A stretch of DNA of 64,000 nt from NCBI RefSeq assembly GCF_009914755.1, contig NC_060947.1. One strand, given 5' to 3'. Within the stretch, counting starts at the first letter, position 1. Each line of letters opens with the position of its first letter. The translations under genes and the position numbers were made by a program. Source of the stretch: the human T2T-CHM13v2.0 reference genome, Homo sapiens. The notes beneath the pieces were generated by a model. The model was not told the origin of the DNA, did no database searches, and saw nothing but the letters and a program-made list of their open reading frames with translations. Below, piece after piece: positions 15,875-31,012 of this stretch.

Positions 15875-16300
15875 TGACTAGGTTCAGCTGGATGTGTTAG
15901 AAATCAAAATAACAAAAACATAAAATATGGAAGATTATTTTTCTCTCTGTGTAAATAAAACATAGATCACAAGGCTGATATGGTGGCTTCACGAAGTCAT
16001 TGAGGACTCATGTTCTTTTTAGCTCATTATTCCACCAGCCCTATTTCTCACGGTCCAAAGTGATGGCTAGAGTTCCAATGAATGCATCTACATTCCAGAA
16101 TTTTTTTTAAAAGTGGAGAAGGGGAAATCATCCATCTAATCTTTTAAAGAGGTTTTCTGGATGCTGCCGTACAACCTCTGCTTATATCTCATTGACTAAA
16201 CCTTAATTTTGGGTGGCCATGTGCTACCCTAAGAGTTGGAAGTTTTATTACAGAGAAGGGCAGGATGGATTTTAGGGTAGGCAACTAATAGTATCTGCTC
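15875..16300 (-). mobile_element. MLT1J-like LTR
   Basis: ctctgcttatatctcattgactaaa...gggtaggcaactaatagtatctgc. Confidence 0.7.
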
Positions 16301-16384
16301 CAGATGCTTTGTCCCTTCTGGTAGAATCCAGCATGCATTTTCTAAGAAATCATGGCAGAAATGCTAAGCTTTTAAGGCTGGAAA

Positions 16385-17319
<935 letters not shown>

Positions 17320-17501
17320 TAGAGACTCTGCCCGCTTCCTGAAGACAAAAGGGTAAGGAGTGTTCCTCTAGGAAGAGATAATCTCATTTCTTACTTTGAA
17401 ATGGTAACTACAATTTTAAAAATAATCAGAGATAGATGTTAGAAACAGTGTATTTAGAATTCAACGAGACAAGTGACAAGGCCTCTCACGATATCCTCAG
17501 A

Positions 17502-17722
17502 CCAGGGTTTGTCATCCTTGGCACTATGGATACTTTGGGCAGGATAATTCTCTATGGTGGGAAGCCATCCTGTACACTGTAGAATGTTGAGCAGCAGTCC
17601 TGGCTTCTACCCTTTAGTTACTAGTAGCATTCCTCCCTAGATTGCGACAATCAGAAATGTCTTCAAACATTGTCTAATGTCCCCTGGGGGGCTAAATCGC
17701 CCCTGGTTAAGAACCAAGGCTT
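17502..17722 (+). mobile_element. MER20 (hAT-Charlie)
   Basis: ccttggcactatggatactttgggcaggataattct...gcccctggttaagaacca. Confidence 0.88.
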
Positions 17723-18330
17723 TAGACGTTGATCTGCCCACAATCTTATCTCTGATCATGTTTCTCTGTGAGTGCTCTTGGAGATTTAGTCACACTTTTG
17801 GCTTCAAAAACTATCCCTCTATGATGGTTCCTACATCTATCCTCTAGGCCAGCCTTTTCTTCTGAGCTCCAGACTCTGAAATCCAACTACTTATTGGGGG
17901 TAGATTCTTGGATATAAAACATACACCTCAAACTGTGTGCTTAAAATGAAATGTGTTGTTTCCCCCTTGTATCTATTCTTCCCACATCCCTTCTTGGTGA
18001 TAGCATCACTATGTTACCAAATTGCCCAAGTGAGAAAAGAAATCATGTTGACCATTCCTTTCTTTCTCACCACCAGACTGAATTAGCCCCCCACACTGCC
18101 AATCCTGCCTTTTGAACAGCTCTTTGAGCATCTATTGTTTTTCAGCCCCAAGCTGACTGCCTTAGATCAGGCCTTCTTAATTTCTTGTCTGAATTAATCT
18201 TCCTGTCTCCAGTCTTACCTCCTTCCAATCAATTGTCTACAGAGTGGCAAGTCTTTTGAAAACCTAAATCTTTTTCTTAGGCTCCTTCACACTTCCTCAT
18301 TGCCATCAGGATGTAATCCAAGTTCCTTAC

Positions 18331-18499
18331 TTTTTTTTGTTTGTTTGTTTTTGAGACAGAGTCTAGCTCTGTGGCCCAGCCTGGAGGGCAGTGGCACGAT
18401 CATAGATCACTGCAGCCTTGAACTCGTGGGCTCAAGTGATCCTTTTGCCTCAGCCTCCTCAGTAGCTGAGACTACAGGTGTGAGCCAGCTCATTGGGCC
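18331..18499 (-). mobile_element. Short old Alu monomer (FRAM/J-like)
   Basis: gatcatagatcactgcagccttgaactcgtgggctcaagtgatcc. Confidence 0.85.
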
Positions 18500-18521
18500 C
18501 TTGAAAATGAAGCCCCTAGTG

Positions 18522-18680
18522 CAGGAATAGAAGTAGGGTGAGGCCAGCAAGTTGCCTTGAGTACAAAACCCAAGGAGACACTCACTCTTAGGATTGTCAA
18601 AGACAGTGTTGGCATTTGAGAGTGAGTGCCACTTTAAATGGTAATCCCTAGATGTCTCACTTGTCCCATGCTAGTTGCTT
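18522..18680. mobile_element. Second MER96-like MITE
   Basis: tagggtgaggcc...cactcactct...gagagtgagtgccactttaaa. Confidence 0.7.
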
Positions 18681-18921
18681 TGCCTTTGCAAGGGCCCCTG
18701 CTCCCCTTTCTGGTCTCATCCCTCATCACATCCTCACTCAAGTCCTCATTTCTAACACATGAGCTGTTTGCAGACCCTGAACTGCTACCATAACACCTGC
18801 CTTAGCAGCAGACTCCTCCTGGAGTGTCAGGGCAATGACAGAGTGACAGAAATCCAGATAGCATTCATCTCATGATGAATCACAAACATCAAGAGAGCAG
18901 TAGATGGGGTTTTTTCTTCAA

Positions 18922-19495
18922 GTTTTTTTTATTGTGGTAAAATACTCATAACATAAAATTTATTATCTTAACCATTTTAAGTATATAGTTCAGTGATATT
19001 AAGTACATTCATGTTGTGCAACCATCATCACCATCCATTTTCAAACTCTTTTCATCTTGCAAGACGGAAACTGCATACCCATTAAACAACACTTTCCTAT
19101 TCTCCCTCCCCTCAGCCTCTGACAACTACCCTTCTACTTTCTGTCTGTATAATTTTGACTATTCTAGGTACCTCATATAAGTGGAACCATATAGTAATTG
19201 TCCTTTTGTGACTGACTTGTTTCATTTAGCGTAAGGTCCTCAAGGTTCAACCATGTTGTAGCATGTCAGAGTTCCCTGCTTTTTAAAGGTTGAATAATAT
19301 TCTTTTGCATGTACATAACACATTTTGCTTATCCATTTGTCTGCAGATGGACACTTGGGTTGATTCTGCATTTTAGCTACTGTGAATAATGCCTCTATGA
19401 ACATAGGTGTGCAAATATCTCTTGGAGACACTGCTTTCATTTGTTTTTTGAGATATACCCTGAAGTGGAAATGCTGGATCATATGATAATTCTAC
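18922..19495 (-). mobile_element. L1MB 3' end
   Basis: attgtggtaaaatactcataacataaaattt...; ORF resembling ICTPMFIEALFTVAK. Confidence 0.9.
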
Positions 19496-20825
19496 CAAAT
19501 GTCATGTTCTAAGCCTAGCTCAAAGGCATTCATTTTGACAAAAGCTTATACATTTAAACAAACAAAAATCATAAAACCCATCTTCTGTTATTGTCATAAC
19601 AACATCACATCTCATAGCGTATGGTTGCTGTGGTATAATTTACTTTAAAATGCTTCAGCAAAGATAGCATGATATATATTTGTGCATTTAGTTTAATCTA
19701 TGCCCTAGGGCCTGCTAGTTAACATTTGAAGTCCTCTAATTGAGGATATTCATTCCAGAGACTATTAGCTCTTGAGAGAGTCTAATCAGGAATCAACATT
19801 CCCAAAGCAACTACTATAAGCCTTCAAATATCAATCCTCAGCTCAATATCACAGACTTATTAATTAGCCTAATGGATGTTAGAAATGATTTTCACTGGTG
19901 AAATGAATGTTATTCAAGAAGTGTGTATTGTTAGAAATATTGTCCAGGACGTCTTGCCCCTTGCACAATAGGGGTATAAGAATTCAGTGAGACCAATAAC
20001 CCACAGACCTTTAAAATGGCACTCTAGGCTTAGGATTCCAGACTGGTCCCTTGTTTAGCTATTTATTGGAGGACTTGATTGCCTGATTCTGACTAGAAGT
20101 TTTGGTAAATTCAACAGTTTCAATTAATATTGCACATTTATCTCATGTGAACCTTTCATGTAAGATATAGCAGCTAAAGGGTCACCAAGATAGAACATTG
20201 AACTTCCAGAACTGATTGGATGGCTGTCTAGATGTCTCTTTGCATGACTATTTGTATGAGTGTCAGAATTTGGTCTGATAGACTTGCTTTTATTATAGCA
20301 CACTACCTGCTAGTGAGGTTGTTGGAGAGGAGACCTATTGTTCTCACCTATTTCTAACTCTTGAAGGCTACCCCTATGCATCCAAAAAATCCTAAAATGT
20401 GTGAATCACCAAGTTGCTTAGGTCATTTTGTAGCAGGTACCCTGTTGGAAGCAAATAGAAGGGTAAACCTGTGCATGCAATCTTTGTTTCAATTTGGAGA
20501 CGCTTGCCTTCTTGTTGAGATCTCACCCAGTAATGCTATCATCCTTGGCCCTTAGCATCTTGTAATGTAGAGCCCCTGCCCAAAATAATTGGAAAAAAAG
20601 TCATTCTTATGCAGCTGGGTACTCCACCACCTTGATAACCGGGATTTCACTTTCTCCCATATACGGCTTTCCTAATGCCCAGTAATAAAGCTCAGGTAAA
20701 TTAAAAAAATTATATAGATGAAAGGTAAAGGTGAAATGTTCTGCCACATTTTCCTTCTATGGCCCTGGTTCTAGGAAATACAAGATATTAGATGTGCCTA
20801 AGCATAAGTGAAGAGAAACACCGTA

Positions 20826-21189
20826 TGTATTAGTGCATTTTCATACTGCCATGAAGAAATACCTGAGACTGGGTAATTTATAAATAAAAAGAAGTTTAAT
20901 GGACTCATAGTTTCATGTGGCTGGGAAGGCCTCACAATCATGGCAGAAGGTGAAGGAACAGCAAAGGCATGTCCTACATGGCAGCAGGCAAGAGCACATA
21001 TGCAGGGGAACTTCCCTTTATAAAACCATCAGATCTCATGAGACTTATTCACTGTCATGAGAACAGCATGAGAAAAACTTGCCCCCATGATTCAATTACC
21101 TCCCACTGGGTCCCTCCCATGACACGTGGGGATTATGGGAGCTACAATTCAAGATGAGATTTGGATGGGGACACAGACAAACCATATCA
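20826..21189 (-). mobile_element. THE1-family MaLR solo LTR
   Basis: tgtattagt...gagactgggtaatttata...gggacacagacaaaccatatca. Confidence 0.93.
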
Positions 21190-22831
21190 CCATGTATTTA
21201 AAAGTGTGTCTGATAGAAAAAAAAAAGGTATTTCATGGTGCCACAGCCAAAGATCATTGATTATTTAAATAGAAAATCATAGAATTTTTGACAAATGATT
21301 AAATAGAGAAAAAACAATATTATAATTTGAGTAATAGCTAACATTTTCTTTAATTGTTTAAGCTGTGACTACAGTATATTTTATGAGCAGCAAATTACAG
21401 ACGGAAACTTCATGATATAATTAATTATAAGGCGGAAAGATTGATTTTCATATATTGCTCATAGAGTCTCATGGATTACTGTCATAATCAACTATAACTT
21501 GAAACCATATCAACAGGACACATGTTAATGATATGTACATATTTGCTATTATGCTGAAAGGTGATTTAGCTTAAAAGGTAAACAGATCACTTAAATGATG
21601 TAATTAGTATTACATTTACAGAAGTGTATAATTTTTGTGCTTTTCTTGCTCTGATGCAGATGAGATTTTCCTCTCATCTTCAAATTGTCTCACATGCACA
21701 CACAAAATGGCACCCACTTACAGCTGAGGCTGGGCTGAAACATAACAACATGTGGGCTTCCATTGTCCCTCATTCTTCACTCCTCTAGGGCCCAAGGTGG
21801 AGATCCTCAATGTTCCTCAAAAGGGTTCCTATGCTGCTGCTTTCCACCTTGAGGTTCTCGAATAGCTTTCAGCCTGAGTTGTATATGTCAAGGAGGTTTT
21901 AAGGCTGTAAGGCTCTGGGTCATAGACTGTGGGATTGAGAGTGGTGGCGTCATAGGAGGAGGTGTACCCTTGGGTACAGAGGTACTACTGAAATGTGAGG
22001 AACAGTGTGCCCAAGTGTGACTCAAGTGGGCCCTCTTTTCTCTCTGTTCTTTATCTTCCCAAACCATCTTGGTGCCCAGGGCAGGGAAAACAGGAACTGA
22101 AATTGAACATTCAGTGTACTGGCTTGGTACCAGACTGCTAGGAATAGCTGTTAAAGTCAATTTTTTATGTCAAAATGTTTTAAAGCTATTTGTGAATAGA
22201 TTAAGCCTCTGGTAAGTTTTTGGGGATGTCAATTAATAATAATAACAAAAAACCCTTTCCTGGTGGCTTTCAGGACTCCTATACATGGATTGCTGCCTCT
22301 ATATCCTGAGGTGCCCTCTCCTCCTTTGAGACTGCCAGTCTAGGCTTGTCACCTTCAGCTCAATGGCCCAGGGTCTACAGCCTCAAGACCTCCTTGATGC
22401 TACTACCTGGGCTGAAAGCTGATTCAAGGACCTCAGAGTGGGGAGTGGCATATCGTAGCACCTTTGAGGAGTATTGCGAGCCTTCACCTTGGGCAATGGA
22501 GGGCTGGGGAATCAGGGACAAGGGAAGCCCAGGTGTAGATGTGGTTGAGCTCAGTCTTAGCTGTTAAGTGGGTGCCATTTTGTATGTGGAAGCGAGTATC
22601 ATTAATTTTGTGCCTAGAAAAAACTAGACGAGATTCCCTTTGAAATCTGAGTTGCTGGAAGTTCGGAAGCAGAGTATGCTGATATTGGGGTAGAGGATAA
22701 AGAGGTGAGAAGAAAAGATAAAAGGGCATTTATATTTTGCCCTTTTGCCTGGGAACACCAAACGGAAACGCCTGATGAAAACCTTCCCAGGAACTGAATT
22801 TAATTGCATATTCTGAAGCTAGTAAGACATC

Positions 22832-22990
22832 CTGTGGTTAGTGGATTGAGCACTGCCTTTGGATTCAAATCTAACTAGATGACTTTGGAATACTTTCTTA
22901 ACCTTTGTAAGCCTCACTTTAATCATCTATAAAATGAGGATCCATCTGGATTTATTTAATGAAAGAATAGCCTAAAGCACGTAGGACTAG
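22832..22990 (+). mobile_element. MIR
   Basis: ggattcaaatc...aagcctcacttt..catctataaaatgagg. Confidence 0.7.
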
Positions 22991-23004
22991 AGTATGAGGG
23001 AAGT

Positions 23005-23768
<764 letters not shown>

Positions 23769-25059
23769 CTGGATCATGAGTGTTAGGCAGATATTGTTTA
23801 TGTAGTAGGCCCGTGTCATTCATGAGTATGTTCTAGGCCCTTCTTGAATACATTATGACATTTAGACTCACTCATAATACGCAGTCAAGTAAAACTGAAA
23901 TATTTGAGTGGCCCTTTCAGACTTACGATGATTTTAATATAGCGTAGTTGTAGTCTGTTTATAAAAGAACTTGCAGCTTCTTCACTTCCAGCGCAAACAT
24001 TAATAGTTGCTGCCATCAGAGGGACGCTTTCACTAAGGAACAAAGTTTGCCTTTTGTCACCAGCTTTCCATGTAGATGCAGGAGAGAAGAACAAAGCCAT
24101 TCTGAGATGTGGTTGACAGGTGGTCACTAGGCTCATTTATTAGCTAAGTACGTTTTCACTGCTTTCTGGCTTTATGGCATAGGCAGTGCAATTCCGTGCC
24201 TTTGCAAAATTAAAAAGTATGAATATCATGGGTATTCGAGGTGACTCAGGAATGGTCGGAACCACGAAAGTTAAATCCATAAATGGAAGTGCAGTAAACT
24301 GGGGCAGCTTTAGTTATTGTCCACCTAATATCCTGTCCTTCCCTCCCCAACCTTCTTCTCGTGGAAGAACTTACTTTGTTCACAGAAAATTCATTGCAGA
24401 TGGATTAGATGCAGATGATCTCTCCTCCTTGCCACAGTGTTGGACACATGATTCCACCAGGCCTTTCAACAAACGTTGGCCTCTCTTGGCAGATGCTGGG
24501 AGCCTCTGGTGGCTAGCAGCAGGTGGAAGCCACGTGTCCTTTCCCCATAACCCCATTCCCAGATAGCATCCTACAGTGAAAGCAAGTCTTAGACCAAATG
24601 CATGAGTATTTATTAGCAAGCAGGCCCCAAACACACCATTCAGTATGTTTTGTAGTTCTGGGAAGTTTCATTCTTACCTGGATACTTGAAAGAACACCTC
24701 GCATGAGAGTCTCTTGTGGATGCCACAATATTCTGATGGTAGGACGAGGCAGCCCTGTAAGTGGGCCAGGTGACATGGTTCTCCTTGAAGTAGAGGGATG
24801 CAGGAAAGTGGGGCTCTGGCCTTTAAGTGCTGCCTGTGCCATTAGAATGCCGGGCTTGCCGGCTCCTCATGCAAAGTGGGGGAGAGTGGGCTTCTACATT
24901 TTTCCTTAATCATTTACTACTTTGAATATTACTCATTTCACCTATAACATTTTCCTAACATTCTTTATATTATCAATAATTAGGAAACACTCTAGGTGTA
25001 GATTTTGATAATATATTTTAAGTGCTACATCCTCACGTTTGCTACTGAATGTTTTCTGT

Positions 25060-25515
25060 TTGACTGTTTAGATGTAACTGCTTGTGTTTCTTCCCTTGCT
25101 CTCTGACCTGGGAGGCCCACGTGTCTAGACCGACTCCCTTACGTTCTGGCTCCCTTACCCTCTGGCTTCTACTTGCGTTTGGCTAATGGTGAGCCCAGCG
25201 GATGATTGGACAGGGGAGGAGAGTAGGGTTAGGGTAATTATTCCTTCAACCCCATCCCTGCAGGGCTGCCTCACTGGCACTGACCATCACGAAGGTCAAG
25301 GTTCTTGTCAAGGTGGCACTGTCTACGTGACTTTCTCCTGCCTGGTTCTGGTAACTGTTCCTTTCCCTCATCCCTTTGGGCCTATAAGTAGTAACAGCCC
25401 TGTTGTTACTAGTTTTTGGTACTTCACTATCCTTTGTGATTTCTGTATCCCTTATTCACACTCCTCTTTGAATTATCCTAATTTGAATGGGCTGCCTTTT
25501 TCCTGCTGGGACATT
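25060..25515. mobile_element. LTR33-like ERVL solo LTR
   Basis: ccctctggcttctacttgcgtttggctaatgg...ctgcctttttcctgctgggac. Confidence 0.7.
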
Positions 25516-25667
25516 GGGAAGGTGCTGATTCCTGATAAAAGTACTTCCATGCTAATTATCACCCCTGGGGTGTTGATTCCTGATTAGAGGATTTTAGATG
25601 TTAATCCCACCTAGGGTGGAGATCAGACTTGATTTATATACATATTTTACATTGTTCATACTAAAAC

Positions 25668-25958
25668 TTTTCTTTTTTGAGACAGAGTCTTGTTCTGTCA
25701 CTCAGGCTGGAGTGCAGTGGCATGACCCCGGCTCACTGCAACCTCCGCCTCCCCAGGTTTAAGCAATTCTCCTGCTTCAGCCTCCTGAGTAGCTGGGATT
25801 AGAGGTGTGCACCACCACACCAGGCTAATTTTTGTATTTTTAGTAGGGGCAGGTTTCACTATGCTGGCCAGGCTGGTCTCAAACTCCTGGCCTCAAGTGA
25901 TCCGCCTGCCTCAGCCTCCCAAAGTTCTGGGATTACAGGAGTGGGCCACTGCAGGCGG
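25668..25958 (-). mobile_element. Alu (Sz/J-like)
   Basis: Full reverse dimer; ctcctggcctcaagtgatcc. Confidence 0.95.
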
Positions 25959-26149
25959 CTCATACTGAAACATTTTAAAAGTTATTGGCTATGTAGACAA
26001 TTTAACACAAAGCTTCTTGGCAACAGTGATTGGCTCAAATATGGAGCTATAACCCTAGATGGAACTATAACCCTAGCTCTAACCCTAATTAGAGCTTCTC
26101 CAAGAATTTTTGCTGTAACAAATAGTAAAGAGGTAACCCCTTTTTGCTG

Positions 26150-26450
26150 TGATTGCTAGATATAAGGGTAACTGTTGAACTTCTAGTGGATATTCCTACT
26201 ACCCAGAGAGGAAGGCTTAACAGAGACTAAAAGTCAACAAGAGAAAGACAGAACTGAGAGATGGACAGAAAGGGACAAATTCCTGGTTATATTATTGGAC
26301 CCCTGGATCCAGCCATGCCTGAAGCTGAAGCCTTCTCTTTGAACCTCTCAGTTATGAAGGGAAATAAATTTCATTTTGGTTTGTGTATATAAGATAATTT
26401 GAGTTGGGGTTTATTTCACTTGCAGCTGAATGAGTCTCGACAAATACACT
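26150..26450 (+). mobile_element. MLT1J-like LTR
   Basis: cctggatccagccatgcctgaagc...cacttgcagctgaatgagtc. Confidence 0.7.
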
Positions 26451-26676
26451 AAGGGCCTATTTTCTTAATGCTCTTTTTTATTTTTATTTTTTTCTCACTC
26501 TGTATTATGGTGTTAATCATAATATTCTTACATATATTGAGGAGAAAAGACGCACCAATACAAGTACCTGAAATGAGTTCAATCAATGCAGGCAACAGTT
26601 ATATTTTGATGGAGGAGCTGGATATGTTATCAAGGAAGGATGGCTGGGTGCCCAGTCTGGGGTTTTAGTAGGCTGG

Positions 26677-27102
26677 TGTGTTAGGCCATCCTCACAATTC
26701 TATAAAGAAATATCAGAGACTGGGTAATTTATAAAGGAAAGAGGTTTAATTGGCTCACGGTTCTACAGGCAGAACAAGCATGGTGCTGGCATCTGCTTGG
26801 CTTCTGGGTAGCCCTCGGGGAGCTTTAACTCATGGCAGAAGGTGAAGCAGGAACAGGCATGCCACATAGTTAGAGCAGGAGCAGAGAGGGAGGGGCTTGG
26901 GGGAGGTGCCACACGCTTTTAAACAAGCGGATCTCTTGAGAACTCACTTACTATCATCAGCACAGCACCAAGAGGATGGTGCTAAACAATCCATGAGAAA
27001 TCCAGCCCCATGATCCAAGAACCTCCCACTAGGTCCGACCTCCAACATTGGGGATTACGATACAACATGATATTTGAGGGGAACAAACATCCAAGCTACA
27101 TA
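26677..27102 (-). mobile_element. MST-family MaLR LTR
   Basis: tgtgttaggccat...agcatggtgctggcatctgcttggcttctgg...acctccaacattggggattac. Confidence 0.9.
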
Positions 27103-27514
27103 AGTTGGAGAGATCGTTATGAATTTGCATGTTGAGACTTCAACACTGCAGCTTCAGAAAATTGATTCTGTTAGTGTGACCGAGGCTACCCAAGTTTGAG
27201 GGGTTGGCTTCTTCTAGCCAGTCTCACGGACACTGATGCGTAAATCTAAAGTGAATTCACAATAGAAAACCTCACTGCTGTGCAGACCAAAAAGTTTGTG
27301 CCTTCTGGTACAAACTGGTGTAGTCTCTCTCTTTTGAATCTGCAAAAACAGCCAAATTATAATCCAGAAGACTAACAGGAGAGCAAGGAATCAGAGCTGG
27401 GACAGCAGAGCATGAAGGGCCAAGGGGGAGGGGTGAGAGGTCATTTGTTGAGTGTAATGGTTAGTGTCCTGAAGCTCTGACTGCCTGAGGAACTCATCCT
27501 GAGGTAGGGGGGTT

Positions 27515-27990
27515 GTATTAGTCCCCAGTAACCACTGCAACAAATTCCCACAAATTGAGTGGCTTAAAACAAGTAAAATGTATTCTCTCACAGATCTGGA
27601 GTTCAGAAGTCCTAAATCAGTATCACTGGGCCCAAATCAAGATGTTGCTACACTCCCTTTGGAGGCTCTAGGGGAGAACTTGTTTCTTGTCTCTTCCAGC
27701 TTCTAATGGCTACTCAACATTCCTTGGGTTGTGGCTGCATCACTCCAATCTCTTCTCCCATCTTCACATTGCTTTCTCTGTGTATGTCAAATCTCCTGCC
27801 TCTTTCTTATAAGGATACATATGATGGCATAATTTAGGACCCACCTGGATAATACAGGAAAATCCCCCATCTGAAGATCCTTAATTTAATCACATCTGCA
27901 AAGTCAATTTTGCCATGTAAGGTAACAGTCACAGGTTCCAGGGATTCGAATGTGGATATCATGTAGGGGGCCATTTTATAGCCTACCGCA
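27515..27990 (-). mobile_element. MLT1C/D-like LTR
   Basis: tgtattagtcc...aatcacatctgcaaagtc...ccatgtaaggtaaca. Confidence 0.88.
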
Positions 27991-29461
27991 GGGGTGGACC
28001 TGTTGAGTAGGGTGGGGTGTCCATTTTGGCTGTGCAGTGCCTTCACTCCTGGGTGGTTGCACTGATACCGGCTGATTCTTGCTTTCTGACTGAGCCTTCT
28101 TTTTTGACCCCAATATGAGCATCCTTTTTCTGCCATTAAGATCTTTTATAAACATAGAACAATCCAATCAGCTTTTTAAAAGTTCTAGTTATATTCAAAA
28201 TTTTGTTGATGGGATGTGGGTGTCCTCAGATATTTTCAGCCACAGTTTACATGGACTATACAGGTTATATTGGTAAGTAACACATCTGTTACTTAAACTC
28301 ATCCATTCCTGGATATGCCTAAATAATGTCACCCCTACCCCAATATATTGACAGCAACAGATGCTCTGGAATATCCACATGCCGAAATCTCTTCAAATCC
28401 ATTCTGACCTCTCCTGCCTCCCCAACCCACCCTAACGCATGCACGCGAGTGCAGGCGCACATCCCTCCCCCTCGCCCCATGAAGTTTCTTATATTTTTGG
28501 AAGCTTCTGGATAATTGACCTACTTCTGTAATTCTTTTGGCTTGTTTAGATTTGGGCAGAATTGAATCTTCACCTCTTATTAAAATTTCAATACAAATAA
28601 GATTTAGTTTGCTTAGTGCTCTCAGCCACCTTTGAATTAGTTGAGACTACAAGTGTATAAAACAGACACACTTGTTACATTCTGATTTTCTCTTATTTAG
28701 TGTAGAACATTTAAGATACCTATGATGCCGGGCCACTTTCAGAAAAATACAAATCATTCCTTCAACTTCGGCAGGTATGACAGTCGTGAGTAAACTGTCA
28801 GCATCTATTTGAAAATGCGAAGGGTAGAGAATGGAACTCGTAAATTTGACAAGCTCTTTATGTTCCATTCATAAGGGCTAGCGATAAATGAATCTTGATT
28901 TAACACTTATTTGTACTGTTATTGGCTTTAAAAAAAAAAGGAAAACATTTTATTGCACTCTGATTGTAGATTATGCTTCTCGGGACTCATCCCTCTGTTT
29001 AGCAACATAGGGCAGATTTGATTCAATATTTACCATGTAAACACATGGTTCAGTCTCATGAGTGACCATTTCTGGTTACCCGGCCCCAGTTGAGTGCAGC
29101 ATTTCCACTCCATCTCCAGAGATCTTTATGTTAGTTTAAGGCAGTTGAAGGCCTTGTGCAATGTTTTTTCTTTTTGCTACATATGATCTCCTCTATTAAG
29201 TAAATAGCTTAAATTGTATTCGGGTTACCTTGGAATACGTAGTATAGTAGCATTTTACCTGTCGACTGAAAACAATTTGCAGAGGAAAGCTGATCTAATG
29301 CTACCTCCTTGCTTAATTTGTGGCTTCTTACAGAATATAGGGTAAACTCATTTTCTTATATCCATGTCTCTCCACTACCTGTCCCCAGGAAACCTCTCCA
29401 ATCCTATCATTACCAACCATTTGCTATTATGAAAATGATCTCTGAGTATGCTTTATTAATT

Positions 29462-29557
29462 TCTGCCTCCCTCTCTCCCTCTTCCTTCCTCCCTCCCTCC
29501 CTCATTCTCTCTTTCCTCCCCGTCCATCTCTTTCCTTTTTCCCTCCCTCCCTCTCTA
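29462..29557. repeat. CT-rich low-complexity tract
   Basis: Polypyrimidine (CCCT/CCTT)-like run. Confidence 0.85.
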
Positions 29558-29571
29558 CTGGCCTCTTTCTA

Positions 29572-30040
29572 GTGCATACTCATTAAGCACCTACAGTATG
29601 GTGGACTTTACACTTAGCATGGTAGGAAAGATGAAATCGACAATGCAGCCCCCAGCACTGCAGGGGATGTGGACAGAAGCAACAGTACTTACAGTATCTA
29701 TAATGGTGAATGAATTACCCAACTTTGCTTGAGGAGGTCAGAGAAGTTTTCAGAGAAATGATGACTTGTAAGCTGAGTTTTGAAGGATAATTGGGGCTCA
29801 CCAGGTAGACAAAGCCAATACATTTATGGTTCACAGAAGCAATGGTACAAATGGAAGAGCAGAGGCAAGAAACACCACATCTGTGCTACCTCCCTTCTCC
29901 CTTCCCTCTCTGCCTTCCTTGCACACATATTTAGCGGGTGATCATGTGGCAAGCATCGCCCTAGGTCTCCAGAGACAACACTAGACAAGAAGGACAATAT
30001 TCCTGTCCTGGGGAAACTTATCTGCTAGTTGTGAAATGAC
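29572..30040 (-). mobile_element. L2 fragments
   Basis: cattaagcacctac..., agctgagttttgaaggataa. Confidence 0.6.
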
Positions 30041-30336
30041 ACATGATTTGCTGAGACTAACAGCTCCTATATCCCTAAACACTTCAAAAAATGTTTGGGA
30101 CGTGTTGCATTCTGAATGCTGCCTCCTGGAGTTTCACGGTGCACAATTTCACAGTCGAGGCCCTGGGAAGTCCTTCATCAAGAAATCTGTTATCTTCATT
30201 TACTGTGGTTCTCAAGTGCATTTAACCAGGGGAACTTTGTTTTAAGTAGCAATTAATACCACACAAAGCCAGTTTTCTAAAGGAGTCACTGCAGGAAATG
30301 TTTGAGTGTTCGTTTCTTCCAATCTCATTGCCTATT

Positions 30337-30785
30337 GTATCAGTTGCGTGTTTTCATAATAATGCTGCATAAAAACAGCCACAGAACCTCCGTGGCATAC
30401 AACGATAAGAACTCAGTGCTTGCACCCCTGGGGAGGTTGGTTAGGTGGCTCTGCTGACCTTGGCTGAGCTTGATCCTATGTCTGGGGTCTGGCTGGCTAT
30501 TATAGCTGGGACAACTGGGATGAATTGGCTGCGCCCTGCTTGCCTGGGCATACACCTGGGCATATTTTCCTGGTGGTGACTGAGGCATAAAAAGGCTAGT
30601 GAAACTATGTAAGCAATTTTTCAGATCCCTGCTTTGTGAAGAATTTTAGCTTCCTAATGTCCAAAGCAAGCTACATGGCTGAGTCCAGAATTAAAGTGGC
30701 CGGGGATGGGGCACTGCAAAGTTTCATGGCAAAGAGTGAAGATACAGAGAACAGGGAGGAATTGGGGCCACTTTAGTACTTGACC
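30337..30785 (-). mobile_element. MLT1K/L-like LTR
   Basis: tgtatcagtt...ataatgctgcataaaaacagccac. Confidence 0.65.
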
Positions 30786-31012
30786 GCATCTACCTAAGAC
30801 CCCGACTCAGGTATCACCTCTTCCATGAAGCCTTTTCTGACTTTCTCAGACCCATATCCATTTCTTTATCTGAGACTTCCCACTGCACGTCCAGTACCTT
30901 ACTGCCAAGTTAGGAGCTCTCTTAAACTCCCAGCTTGCTTCACATTGGCTCCCCTACATAGATGACAAATTCCTCGAGGGTAGAGACCATATTTTTTCTG
31001 TGTGTGTGTGGT

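Larger units (their letters stand above)
17750..18825 (+). mobile_element. L2 fragments, interrupted
   Basis: tctgagctccagactctgaaatccaactac...cacctcaaac. Confidence 0.7.

Noticed and set aside
22260-22570. GC-balanced unique stretch resembling an exon or processed pseudogene
   Set aside because: No recognisable protein, no convincing splice-site pair, and no polyA or TSD.
26046-26088. TAACCCTA telomere-like repeats
   Set aside because: Only three non-contiguous units; a small local duplication, not an interstitial telomeric array.
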